In this document: positions 50,580-60,620 of the stretch, one piece after another
Layout of the letters: the number at the start of each line of letters is the position of its first letter
Numbering within the stretch: position 1 is the first letter of the stretch
Source: Candidatus Altimarinota bacterium
GTDB taxonomy: Bacteria > Patescibacteriota > Gracilibacteria > 1-14-2-50-48-13
NCBI GenBank assembly: GCA_046314355.1
Contig: JBKBWQ010000001.1
Span: 832,001 to 896,000 of the forward strand
Direction: 5' to 3'
DNA: 64,000 bases
The notes under the pieces: generated by a model
Seen by the model: only the letters and a program-made list of their open reading frames with translations
Database searches by the model: none
What the model was told of the DNA's origin: nothing
Program-made: the position numbers and the translations under genes

Positions 50580-50939
50580 ATGATGGAACTACAAGTACGT
50601 TTTAAGAACATTTCTGATGAAGAACAACGAGAACACTTCAAAGAAACCGCAGTAGCTAAGCTCGAAGACCTCAACAAATTCTTCAGGGGAAGTTTGAGAG
50701 AAGGAGAATTAACGGGAGACTGTATGATTGAACACACGGGCAAACACCCTGCCTTTAAAGTCCATGTTACAATACTACATAGACAAGGTAAAATCCATAA
50801 ATTCGAAGCCGTTGAAGTAGCCGAACATGCAGAAGAGGCTATTAACAATGCAAGAAATAATCTGAGAAACCAGATAGCAAATGAGAAAGATTCAAAAAAC
50901 ACCTTGCATAAACAGGATTCCATGCTAAATTTCGTCTAG
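50580..50939 (+). CDS. hpf: Ribosome hibernation promoting factor (short HPF/RaiA)
   Basis: MELQVRFKNI...KLEDLNKFF...FKVHVTI...EEAINNARNNLRNQI pattern. Confidence 0.8.
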   Translation: MMELQVRFKNISDEEQREHFKETAVAKLEDLNKFFRGSLREGELTGDCMIEHTGKHPAFKVHVTILHRQGKIHKFEAVEVAEHAEEAINNARNNLRNQIANEKDSKNTLHKQDSMLNFV

Positions 50940-50971
50940 AGTTCCCTTCTGAAAAGAAGAGATTTCTCCCA

Positions 50972-51018
50972 AAAAGAGGAAGAAAGTTGCCCCTCCCGCA
51001 AAACTTTCTTCCTCTTTT
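50972..51018 (+). terminator. Long hairpin downstream of hpf
   Basis: Perfect 17-bp stem aaaagaggaagaaagtt/aactttcttcctctttt with a 13-nt loop. Confidence 0.65.
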
Positions 51019-51267
51019 CAGTTCTCCAAAATTTGAAGACACTAGATATTAGTAGAGGTTCACCTCTCTGTAAAGCTATTTTTAAAAAATGTGGTTTAGT
51101 AGTATTTTTAGCCTAGTAATTGAGTAAGAGAGTAGCTGAGTAAGAGAGGATAGGCGCATTACTAAGCCTTTATTACTTAATTACTTATTGTCTTTGCTTC
51201 TTTACTTACTTTCCCTATACTTTGCACAAAAGATATCATGTCAGCTTAAATTTTCATACTTCTCCCC

Positions 51268-52806
51268 GTGTTCTCTCGCCTTTTTAAACCAATGGGACTG
51301 AAGACAGCATCTATAGTGCTCTCTTTATCCACCTTCTGCAGCTATTTTCTGGGATTTTTCAGAGATAAAACACTCGCGTATTTTTTTGGTCAAAATGGTC
51401 TGACGGATGTCTATAATCTTGCCTTCACTATTCCGGATTTCATTTTTAACTTCTGTATCGCTGGAGCACTGACTGGAGTCTTTATACCTATCTTCATTGC
51501 TCATAAAGAAGATGGACAGGAAAAGGCAGACGAACTTGCAAGTATATTTTTAAGTGTAATGGGTGTCTTTATTACGGTTATCTGTCTTATAGCGTGGATA
51601 CTTACTCCATGGATTATGGATCAGCTGCTCGTGCATAAGGATCAGCTCGAGACATCAGTGAATCTCACGAGAATCATGCTGCTCTCTCCGATCATTCTCG
51701 GACTTTCAAATACTGTAGGATCAATTCATATTGCCTACAAACATTTCTTTGCATACAGCATCTCGGCAGTGATGTACAACCTGGGAATCATCCTTGGGAT
51801 TATCTTTTTCTACCGGTGGTTTGGGATATATTCCGCAGCTATAGGAGTGATCATTGGCGCATTATTACATGCATCCATCCGTCTTTTTGACCTAAAACAT
51901 GTACCGTTTACATTTAAATGGAACTTCACTTTACAGCATCCAGGATTTAGAAAAATACTCCTCTCCATGCTTCCCCGTTCACTAGGACTTGTAAGCATCA
52001 CAGCAGTTACTTTTTTCTGCGGAATAATGGGTCCTTCACTTATTAAAGGCGGATTTACTGCTTATACCTATGCACGTAACTTTCAGAGCTTTCCTGTGAA
52101 TTTTTTCGGTATCACACTTGCCACTGCTGTACTTCCGCTTATATCAGAATTCGTACATAAAAAAGATCATACCGGTCTCTCGGAACGTATGAATACTTCT
52201 CTTAGGCAATTAGTATTTCTTACCATACCTGCGGCCGTAGCACTAAGTGTACTGGCACCTGCAGTTATCAGTGTGCTCAGAGGAGGCGCCTTTTCAGCAG
52301 AAGATGCGGTACTTACCTCTACACTTCTGATGATTCTAGCGATCTCTATTCCATTTGAGAGTCTTACACATCTCTATACGAGAGGCTTCAACGCTTACCA
52401 AAACACATACTTTCCTGCCATTACAAATGTTATCTTTGCAGTAATTGCTATAACAATAATACTATTTACAAAGGATCTTTTTGGAGTCTATTCCTTTGCA
52501 CTTGGATGGATGAGCGGCGCAACTGTACAGTTTCTCATTCTTTTCTTTTCATTCCATTTTGTCTTTAAATTCGGCTCTCTTTATATAACTCCTCTACTTA
52601 TCAGTATTATTAAAGTTACCGTCACTTGTGCGGTGATGTGGACTGGACTCTTCTTCTTTTTCAAATATGTCCCTGCGAATGTACTCACTCTTGTAGGCGG
52701 AACCTCGATAGGAATTGCCCTCTTCTTTGCAGTGAGTTACCTGCTTAAAGCAGAAGAAATGGAAGCATTGAAGCCTATTGTTGCGAGATTTTTACCTAAG
52801 AAGTAA
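51268..52806 (+). CDS. murJ: Lipid II flippase MurJ
   Basis: LGFFRD, DVYNLAFTIPD, GALTGVFIP, YNLGII, FQSFPVNFFGITLATAVLP, RGFNAYQNTYFP. Confidence 0.93.
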   Translation: MFSRLFKPMGLKTASIVLSLSTFCSYFLGFFRDKTLAYFFGQNGLTDVYNLAFTIPDFIFNFCIAGALTGVFIPIFIAHKEDGQEKADELASIFLSVMGVFITVICLIAWILTPWIMDQLLVHKDQLETSVNLTRIMLLSPIILGLSNTVGSIHIAYKHFFAYSISAVMYNLGIILGIIFFYRWFGIYSAAIGVIIGALLHASIRLFDLKHVPFTFKWNFTLQHPGFRKILLSMLPRSLGLVSITAVTFFCGIMGPSLIKGGFTAYTYARNFQSFPVNFFGITLATAVLPLISEFVHKKDHTGLSERMNTSLRQLVFLTIPAAVALSVLAPAVISVLRGGAFSAEDAVLTSTLLMILAISIPFESLTHLYTRGFNAYQNTYFPAITNVIFAVIAITIILFTKDLFGVYSFALGWMSGATVQFLILFFSFHFVFKFGSLYITPLLISIIKVTVTCAVMWTGLFFFFKYVPANVLTLVGGTSIGIALFFAVSYLLKAEEMEALKPIVARFLPKK

Positions 52807-52809
52807 TAC

Positions 52810-52972
52810 AGTCATTCTAAGTGAAGCGCAGCGAAATCGAAGGATCTGTAGCATGTACTGTTGTTTAAAAATATACACAGAATTTTCTAGAGTATGCATT
52901 AAACATTATTGTATACTTTATACTTTTATATTTTAGTCTTCGACAGATCCTTCGGCTTCGCTCAGGATGACG
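52810..52972. repeat. CGTC-type palindromic repeat pair (GTCATTCT...AGGATGACG)
   Basis: gtcattctaagtgaagcgcagcgaaatcgaaggatctgt ... acagatccttcggcttcgctcaggatgacg as inverted ends around an AT-rich spacer. Confidence 0.8.
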
Positions 52973-53072
52973 CTTTAGATGTTGTTATTTCTTAACTACA
53001 CATTTTTCCAATTTTCCTTTTCTTCTAAGACCGCTCTGATCTACAATGTAGACAATAAATTTCTCTTTAAAT

Positions 53073-54299
53073 ATGAAATTTCTCCATATAGCAGATCTCC
53101 ATCTAGGACAACGGCACATGCAAATGAATGAACGGTTTGAGGATTTTTTCCAAACTCTTCATGATATTTTTCAACATGCCATTACAGATAAAGTGGACTT
53201 CTGTATCATATGCGGAGATATGTTTGATAAAAAACAGCTTGATGCTGAGACACTTTTCAGGACGACAAAGATGCTTACCATCATGAAAGAAGCACATATC
53301 CCTGTATTTGCCATTGAAGGCAATCACGATCAGCGTCTGATCTCAGATCAATATTCTTTTCTCGATTACCTTTCACAGGAAGGACTTCTCACATTGCTTC
53401 GTCCGGAATCAGAGGATGGGAAAGAAAAAATTACACTCTGGGATGAAGCAACGAGAAAAGGCTCCGCGTATAAATTTATGGCAGGAGAAGAATCAGTCCA
53501 AATTATTGGTATCGGATACATCACATCCAGCATCCAGGAGGAAAAGATCGCTTTGCTCAGTGAATACTTTGCAGAGAAACCTCATGAACAGACTATAGTG
53601 ATGATGCACGGTTCTATCGGAGGCGGCATACCAGGATCACTTGATAAGATCCTTCTTGAACCTTTAAAAAATCACATCGATTATATCGGCCTCGGTCACT
53701 GGCATCGTCATATGGAAATAGACGGCTGGATATATAATCCTGGATCTATGGAACACACTGATATCAACCGTGATGATATTTCAAAGGGATACTTTATAGT
53801 GGATATCACAGATGGAAAAAAAGAGGTAAAATTCTTTGAGTCAGGAAAACGCCCTGCTCTTCGCACTACAATTACATTAAAAAACATTGAGACTCTCGAA
53901 GCCGCAACAGAATTTATAGATGCGCATTTCAAAAGTTTTGAAGACACCTATCCAAAAGATATTCCGCTAATGTGCAAATGTACACTACGCGGGAACATTA
54001 CATTCAGCCCATTGGAACTTTCAAAAAAATTAATCGAGAATATAATAAGAGGTCATATGCCTTTACTATTTCTAGAATATGAAAACCTCCTAACCACTCC
54101 AGATATGGTGTTCTCGGGAGAGATCATGACAATAGCAGATCTCTCCTCTGCCTCTCTGGAGCATGAGGTACTGAAAAAACTCGTCTCGGAAAATAGCGAG
54201 TTCAAAAACGAAGAAGATTTGCCGGAGCGTATACAGGAAACAAAAAAAGCAATCCTAAAAAAAGAGACTCCAGAAAGTATTTTTTCACTACTAGAATAA
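53073..54299 (+). CDS. sbcD: SbcD/Mre11 nuclease
   Basis: HIADLHLG, GDMFD, EGNHD, MHG, LGHWH, YNPGS, KGY. Confidence 0.93.
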   Translation: MKFLHIADLHLGQRHMQMNERFEDFFQTLHDIFQHAITDKVDFCIICGDMFDKKQLDAETLFRTTKMLTIMKEAHIPVFAIEGNHDQRLISDQYSFLDYLSQEGLLTLLRPESEDGKEKITLWDEATRKGSAYKFMAGEESVQIIGIGYITSSIQEEKIALLSEYFAEKPHEQTIVMMHGSIGGGIPGSLDKILLEPLKNHIDYIGLGHWHRHMEIDGWIYNPGSMEHTDINRDDISKGYFIVDITDGKKEVKFFESGKRPALRTTITLKNIETLEAATEFIDAHFKSFEDTYPKDIPLMCKCTLRGNITFSPLELSKKLIENIIRGHMPLLFLEYENLLTTPDMVFSGEIMTIADLSSASLEHEVLKKLVSENSEFKNEEDLPERIQETKKAILKKETPESIFSLLE

Positions 54300-54300
54300 T

Positions 54301-55578
54301 ATGTACCATTCATCCCAACATACCCTTTCAAATGGAATTGTAACTATCCTCACAGATATCTCTCATTCACATCTTTGTGCTGTATATGCCTTTGTGAAGA
54401 CAGGTTCTCTGCAGGAAGAAGAAGGAGAGAGAGGATATGCTCATCTTCTTGAACACTTGCTTTTAAAAAGACTCACAACTCACAGAGAAGATGCGCTCAC
54501 AAAGTTCTGTACTTCCAGAGGCATGTATTTCAATGCTGAAACAAGCCGGGAATATACAGCATTCTACATTACTGATATTATGCCCGAGTATCTTGCTGAG
54601 GCTTTGAATCTTATGAATGTCATTCTTTTTCATCCTGTGTTTACCGCAAAGGATATGGAGGAAGAAAAAGATATCGTTATCAGTGAACTCTCCGACAGAA
54701 TATCATCTCCGCATTATAAGATGCAGAGAGCATTTTCAGAGTATTATTTCGGCACACATCCGCTTGGACGGGAGGTAGGTGGAAAAATAGATGAAGTACA
54801 GAATGCAGAGTTTGAAAGACTCATGAACTTTTACAAAAAACATTATGTTCCTGAAAATATCGTACTTTCTCTCGCTGGTCCAGGAGCAGAAAAACCTAAT
54901 ATCAGGCATATTATAGATACAACATTTGCACTTGAAGAAAAAAAGCCTCACCCAGCTTCCCTCTTCCCTGCTCATATTCCTCCGGAGAAAAAGGATTTTA
55001 TGTATACTTTGGATTTCGCTGAGAATGTATCGCTTGAATATTTCTTTGTAATCCCAGGAAGAAATTCATATACCGAGGAAGAGAGATTTGCATTCTATTT
55101 TTATGAGGATATTTTAGGCAATTCAAGATATTCCCGTCTCTTTATGAAGCTGCGTGAGGAAAAGCGTCTTGTCTACGGAGTTGGAGTTGGGACGTCTTAC
55201 ATTTTGAATACTGGATCTTTTTCTATAGACACTTCTTGTAAAAAAGAAAATGTAGAAGAAATATCAATACATATTTCTGAAGCTCTACGGACGATGAGAG
55301 ACAATTTTGTTACTTCTGAAGAATTAGAAGAAGCAAAAACCACTGCTCTCGTAGGATATTACCAGATCCTTGATGATGTAAACCGTATTGCATCACGGGC
55401 GGGTCATCTCTATATCACACGAGGTATTCTGATACAGCCTGAGGTAGCTCTAAATAGATTCAAGAGTGTAACAGTTGAGCAGATTCAGGAAGTGGGAAAA
55501 AAGTATATTCTCCCTGGAGAAGCATATAGCTACGTGACATACAAAGAAGAACTTCATATCCCGCATCTGACTCATTAA
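54301..55578 (+). CDS. M16 (pitrilysin/insulinase) family zinc peptidase
   Basis: TLSNG, GS..E...RGYAHLLEH (HxxEH), FNAETSREYT, EKDIVISE, SRLF.KLREE..LVY. Confidence 0.93.
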   Translation: MYHSSQHTLSNGIVTILTDISHSHLCAVYAFVKTGSLQEEEGERGYAHLLEHLLLKRLTTHREDALTKFCTSRGMYFNAETSREYTAFYITDIMPEYLAEALNLMNVILFHPVFTAKDMEEEKDIVISELSDRISSPHYKMQRAFSEYYFGTHPLGREVGGKIDEVQNAEFERLMNFYKKHYVPENIVLSLAGPGAEKPNIRHIIDTTFALEEKKPHPASLFPAHIPPEKKDFMYTLDFAENVSLEYFFVIPGRNSYTEEERFAFYFYEDILGNSRYSRLFMKLREEKRLVYGVGVGTSYILNTGSFSIDTSCKKENVEEISIHISEALRTMRDNFVTSEELEEAKTTALVGYYQILDDVNRIASRAGHLYITRGILIQPEVALNRFKSVTVEQIQEVGKKYILPGEAYSYVTYKEELHIPHLTH

Positions 55579-58439
55579 TGTTCATCGAATCACTTACACT
55601 TAGAGGAATAAAATCATACCGTGAAGAGGTCACAATTCCTTTTCGTGAAGGTATAAACTTTATTGCCGGTAGAAATGGTGCCGGAAAAACCACTATTATT
55701 GAGAGCATAGGATATCTCCTTTTCTGGATACGTCCGTATCAATACAAAGACCTCCTTTCAACTGGTATGAAGGAAGGATTCCTATCTGTTACCTTCAGAG
55801 GAAATGACGAGAGATCATATATTATCTCCCGTGAAATCAGGAAGGATAAGTGTAAATACGTACAGCTCACAGATCTCCAGACAGGAAAAATTATAGAAGG
55901 TGAAGATGTTGTCAGAGAACAGGTTTTTCAGATACATAATATTTTTTCCCTAGATCATCTCGAAGAGATGTTTCAGGAAATCGTAGCAGTTACACAAGGA
56001 AAATTTACCGCCCCTTTTCTCGAAAACGGTATGGAAAAAAAGAGAAAGTTCCAGCGAATGTTTGGACTGGAAACTTATGAGGAAGCTTATAAATTAAGCA
56101 GTCAGTTTCCTGGAATATTAAAAGAAGAAATTCATTCTATAGAAAACGGAATTAAAAATCTTGAGGGACAGCTCCTTCAGAAACCTGAAGAGGAGGAAAA
56201 AGAAAAGAGTCTAAAAGGTGCACTTGAGGTTCTCCAGCAAGATTTTACAAAACTTCAAACGAACTTAAATGAAAAAGAAAAAGTTTTTCTTGAGCAGAAA
56301 AAGATAAAAGAAACACTCGAAAAATACACTGAGGATCTGCGTAGTCTTCGTGAAAATTATAAATTAGAAAAAGGAAAAGAAACGAGTATTGAGGAACAAG
56401 TGAAGAAAAGTCTGGAGGCAAAAGCTGTTTGTGATAAACATTCAAATGATCATAAACAATATGAAGAAACTGAAACTTTATTAGGAAAGCTCTCGGCAGA
56501 TTTATTGAAAGCAGAAAGTATTGAAAGGTCTTTCCAACAGCTTGTTCAAGAAGAGACAAGAATGCTCACTGAAAAAGAAGGTATTGAAAAACGTATTTTG
56601 CAGATTGATGACGTTGTATTACATCCGGAGAAAAATATTGAAAAAGAAATTCAGGAAGCTTCTACGGCATCTACTCATCTGCAAGAAAAAAACACCCTAC
56701 TTATAGAGCAGAAAAAGAAACTCACTTCCCTTTCTGATGCTCGAAATCATCTTGAAAAACTTCTTATAGTTTTCGTACAGGAAGAAGAAACTTTAAAGAA
56801 AACTGAAGATGAAAAAGTTCGTCTTACAAAAGAAATCTCCAAGTTCAGCGACCTTGCAATAAAGAGAAAGAAACTTAAGGATGATGAAGAAGCATTGTTG
56901 GAAATTCAAAAGAAAATAGAGGAAACAATGAGACTTTATACAATTGCAGAGACAAAATTAAGACAGTTCCAGATAGAAGAAAAAACCTGTGCTGACGGTG
57001 AATGTCCGACTTGCGGAACAAAGGGAGATTTTTCCGTACATTTTTCTACAAAGACACAAATCGTAGAGAAAGAAATCCATGAGTTAAAAGAAATACAGCT
57101 TAATCTTCAAAAAGAACTAAAAAAATTTGAAGATATCGATGAAAGAAAGAACACACTTCTGAAAAATGAAGAGGAATTAAGAATTCTCACCACTCACTTA
57201 GATAAATTATCAGCAGAAATAAGTACTACAAATACTGACAAAATACATGAAATTTTCAATGAGATCGAAAAATTGAATATACAAGGTTTCCAACAGCCTA
57301 AAAAGATTTCAAGTGCTTCAGTAAAAGAAATAAATATTTCCCTCTTCAATTACATTTCAAAAAAGAAAACTGCAACTGAACAAAGTGAGCAAGAATTACA
57401 ATTAAGCAAGCAATCAAACGCAGCATTACTTGCAACTCTTCAGGCAAGAAAGTCTGAAGCAGAGAAACAGATATCTGAGAAAGAAGAACTACAGAAAAAG
57501 ATCGCTTCTTTCTCAGAACATCATTCACAACTGGATGCCAAAAAACAGGAGCTTCAGAAAGAACTTACAAAATTCAATGAGATTAAAGAACAGCATGCAA
57601 AACTCTCAGAATATTTAAAAACCCTGAGAAGCGCACACTCCGAATATATGTCCTACTGTAAAGAAGCTGATCGTCTTCCAGACCTTGAAACCAGTCTCAA
57701 AGCACAGCAAATGCTTGCAAATAGTTATCTAGAATCAGGGAAGAAGGCAAAAGAAGAATTTGATGCATTAGAAAAAACTTTTGATCCCCAAGCCTTTGAG
57801 AAATCCCAGGATGAAATAGGTGGATTGAGAGCATTTGTCATGAAAGCCGACACAGAAAAGAAACGTGCAGAGCAGGATCTTCAGGTAACGCAGAAAAGAC
57901 TTGAAGCGCTTTACCAGAAAGAAAAAGAACGAACTGAATGCATCCTGGAAAAAGAAAAAAAAGAAAAGAAACTTCGTAAACTTGAATTCGTAAGAAGTGT
58001 CTTAAATCAAGCAGCTGAGCCTATTGCAACACGTTTCCGTACTCTTTTGTCAGACAAGGCGGCTCTCTTCTTCAGACGACTTTCTCAGGAATCAAGTATG
58101 CTTTCCTGGGGTGAAGATTTTGAAGTATTTCTCATCAGGCAGGAGGATCATATACGAAAGTTTCAGCAGCTTTCTGGAGGTGAACAGATGATCTGTGCCC
58201 TTTCCATCAGACTTGCTCTTATGCAGTATGTATCACCTTTTAAAATCGGATTCTTTGATGAACCTACGCAGAATCTAGATGAAGCTCATAGAAGGAGTTT
58301 AGGAAATCTGCTTCCTCATGTGCTCGATGGATTTGAACAACTTTTTTTGATCTCACACGATGACACCTTTGATGCGATGACAGATAATGTGATTATGCTG
58401 GAAAAGACGGAGGATGGGACAAAAGTAGTCACATTTTGA
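55578..58439 (+). CDS. sbcC: SbcC/Rad50 SMC-family ATPase
   Basis: GRNGAGKTT, Q-loop VTQGKF, long coiled coil with CPTCG zinc hook, LSGGEQ, FFDEPTQNLD, LISHD. Confidence 0.93.
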   Translation: MFIESLTLRGIKSYREEVTIPFREGINFIAGRNGAGKTTIIESIGYLLFWIRPYQYKDLLSTGMKEGFLSVTFRGNDERSYIISREIRKDKCKYVQLTDLQTGKIIEGEDVVREQVFQIHNIFSLDHLEEMFQEIVAVTQGKFTAPFLENGMEKKRKFQRMFGLETYEEAYKLSSQFPGILKEEIHSIENGIKNLEGQLLQKPEEEEKEKSLKGALEVLQQDFTKLQTNLNEKEKVFLEQKKIKETLEKYTEDLRSLRENYKLEKGKETSIEEQVKKSLEAKAVCDKHSNDHKQYEETETLLGKLSADLLKAESIERSFQQLVQEETRMLTEKEGIEKRILQIDDVVLHPEKNIEKEIQEASTASTHLQEKNTLLIEQKKKLTSLSDARNHLEKLLIVFVQEEETLKKTEDEKVRLTKEISKFSDLAIKRKKLKDDEEALLEIQKKIEETMRLYTIAETKLRQFQIEEKTCADGECPTCGTKGDFSVHFSTKTQIVEKEIHELKEIQLNLQKELKKFEDIDERKNTLLKNEEELRILTTHLDKLSAEISTTNTDKIHEIFNEIEKLNIQGFQQPKKISSASVKEINISLFNYISKKKTATEQSEQELQLSKQSNAALLATLQARKSEAEKQISEKEELQKKIASFSEHHSQLDAKKQELQKELTKFNEIKEQHAKLSEYLKTLRSAHSEYMSYCKEADRLPDLETSLKAQQMLANSYLESGKKAKEEFDALEKTFDPQAFEKSQDEIGGLRAFVMKADTEKKRAEQDLQVTQKRLEALYQKEKERTECILEKEKKEKKLRKLEFVRSVLNQAAEPIATRFRTLLSDKAALFFRRLSQESSMLSWGEDFEVFLIRQEDHIRKFQQLSGGEQMICALSIRLALMQYVSPFKIGFFDEPTQNLDEAHRRSLGNLLPHVLDGFEQLFLISHDDTFDAMTDNVIMLEKTEDGTKVVTF

Positions 58440-58520
58440 TTCCTAAAAACGTCAACCCACTAGAATGTACAGGAGTCTAAAAAAAAGTTATAGTTTCTTC
58501 GTTATTATTTTAAAAAAACT

Positions 58521-59405
58521 ATGAATTATTTTTTCATATATATCAAAGGTCTGTGTATGGGAGCAGCTGATGTAGTACCTGGTGTTTCTGGTGGAACAAT
58601 TGCGTTTATCTCAGGTATCTATGAACGGCTTCTTCAGGCTATATCTCATGTAGATATGGTCTTTATAAAAAAGCTATCCCGGGGTGAAATCAAAGCAGCA
58701 TGGACATACCTCGATGGCTCCTTCCTGACTGTTCTTTTTCTAGGAATTCTCACTTCCTTTCTTCTTCTAGCAAGAGTTGTGCTCTACTTTATGGAATACC
58801 ATACAGAATTATTCTGGGGAGGAATGGCAGGACTCATTCTTGCATCTACGATCCTTGTATGGAGACAGCTGAAAAAATGGAATTGGATATATTTTCTTCC
58901 CCTCCTTCTTGGAGCTGGCAGCGCTTACTTTATTTCTATTGCCACCCCTTCAGCGACTCCAAATGATCTTTGGTTTATTTTTCTAAGTGGAATGATTGCT
59001 ATTTGTGCAATGATCCTGCCTGGAATATCAGGAAGTTTTATACTGGTACTCCTCCAAAAATATGAGTATATGATGACTGCCATAAAAGAAATACGTATTG
59101 CAGAGATTGTGATCTTTATAGCAGGGTGCGTAGTAGGACTTCTCTCCTTTGCCCGACTTCTCAAATACCTCTTTAGAGCTTATCACGACATTACCGTGAT
59201 GGTTATGGCAGGCTTTATGCTTGGTTCTCTCATCAAGCTCTGGCCATGGAAAACTCAAATAGAGAGTGGTACATTTTTCAAAGAAGTAAATGTACTACCA
59301 TCAGAGTATACGGGAGATCCAAAAGTTCTAGCAGTTGTAGTCACCTTTGTACTCTGCTGTGCCTTTGTTATGCTTCTAGAGTACATTGCTCTCAAGAAGA
59401 AGTAG
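58521..59405 (+). CDS. DUF368 family undecaprenyl-phosphate translocase
   Basis: KGLCMGAADVVPGVSGGTIAFISGIYERL and AICAMILPGISGSFIL. Confidence 0.93.
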   Translation: MNYFFIYIKGLCMGAADVVPGVSGGTIAFISGIYERLLQAISHVDMVFIKKLSRGEIKAAWTYLDGSFLTVLFLGILTSFLLLARVVLYFMEYHTELFWGGMAGLILASTILVWRQLKKWNWIYFLPLLLGAGSAYFISIATPSATPNDLWFIFLSGMIAICAMILPGISGSFILVLLQKYEYMMTAIKEIRIAEIVIFIAGCVVGLLSFARLLKYLFRAYHDITVMVMAGFMLGSLIKLWPWKTQIESGTFFKEVNVLPSEYTGDPKVLAVVVTFVLCCAFVMLLEYIALKKK

Positions 59406-59444
59406 GTATAGTGAAAAACTATGCCTCAAAAAAAATCACAATTG

Positions 59445-60350
59445 TTACTGAACAATAAAATATATAAATAATCCTGCTTGAGAAAGCACAAACAGAGCGT
59501 ATATACCAAGCAAACCAAAACCCTCTTTTCTTGATAAGCACTGAGCAGATTGAGCAAAAAGGAACAAAAGAGAAAAACTGAGAATTGTAAAAAGTGCAGT
59601 CGTTATAAACTCTGATGACTCCACAATAAATGTACCATTCAAGAGACTTAAGGCACCAAATAGAAGAGTATTAGCCACGGACGAACCCATATAATCTCCA
59701 AAAGCAATATCCGCCCGGTGTTTACGCATAGATCTAACAGCGATCACAATCTCCGGTATATTTGTCCCAATGGATAAGACAAGGAGAGCGATGATGGAGC
59801 TTGGAACACCAAAATACTCAGAAAAGTAGACAACTTCCTCCACAAGAATATGACCAGAAAGAAAGATAGCTAAAGCACCACCGATAATAATACCGATATC
59901 TTTAAAATGTGCGTGTTTTTTGTGCACAAGTTCATATTCGATATCCTGGAGAACTTCCGGCATTGCCTCCTGTTTCCCTTTACGAATAAAATAAAGCAGT
60001 ACCCCATATGCTACAAAACAAAAAAGCCCTTCTATTCGAGTAACAACACCGTCCGCAAGACAAAGTACAGGCAGAGCTACTACACCTAAAGCAAGAGCCA
60101 ATTGCTGTTTTTTTAAGACGGTCTGGAGCTGCATGCCGTTACCAAGTATTGCCAGTAGCGGCACTATAAACACCAAGAGTACAAGCGAAGCACCAGGCAA
60201 ATTTCCTGCCGATACCTGTGGAGTATTATTCAAGGTAGAATTTATCATAACCGAGAGCTCACTGATAGAGGTCATAAACCCAAGAACGAAGAATGCCACG
60301 GTAAACCCGCTTTTATTCAAACGTTTAGATACTCTGTCCACAGCATCCAC
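59445..60350 (-). CDS. Na+/Ca2+ (CaCA/YrbG-like) antiporter; 5' end uncertain
   Basis: Alpha repeats GFMTSISEL..GNL.G and SIGTNIPE..GDYMGS; frame open to 60440 with an extra TM helix but no ATG. Confidence 0.85.
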   Translation of the reverse strand: MDAVDRVSKRLNKSGFTVAFFVLGFMTSISELSVMINSTLNNTPQVSAGNLPGASLVLLVFIVPLLAILGNGMQLQTVLKKQQLALALGVVALPVLCLADGVVTRIEGLFCFVAYGVLLYFIRKGKQEAMPEVLQDIEYELVHKKHAHFKDIGIIIGGALAIFLSGHILVEEVVYFSEYFGVPSSIIALLVLSIGTNIPEIVIAVRSMRKHRADIAFGDYMGSSVANTLLFGALSLLNGTFIVESSEFITTALFTILSFSLLFLFAQSAQCLSRKEGFGLLGIYALFVLSQAGLFIYFIVQ

Positions 60351-60483
60351 AAGGAGACCTGAGAATACCCAGATAACTAGGATACTTAAAAGAAAGTAGA
60401 GAAAATGTATAATGTGTAGATGAAAAGAAATATATTCATCTCATTATATCAAAAGTTGGCGTGTGAGGATAGGGGGAAGTAAG

Positions 60484-60620
60484 GGAGTAATTAAGGCTCT
60501 ATAATTGGGCACACATTATTGGGCTCTTATCATAGGGCTACAATAATTGAACTCAATGATGTGCGCCCAGTACTGAGTTCAATTATTGAGTCCAATTACC
60601 GAGCCCCAATTACTTGAGCC
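60484..60620. repeat. Foldback minisatellite of ~13-14-bp units, related to 22289-22424 in inverted orientation
   Basis: Reverse complement shares aagtaattggg, gggctcggtaattgg, gagccYaataatgtgYgccYaat and aattactc with the 22.3-kb copy. Confidence 0.75.

Noticed and set aside
53073-58439. Known SMC-based defence system (Wadjet, Lamassu)
   Set aside because: The ATPase has a Rad50 zinc hook and an Mre11-type partner; no kleisin/KITE or Lamassu effector genes are present.
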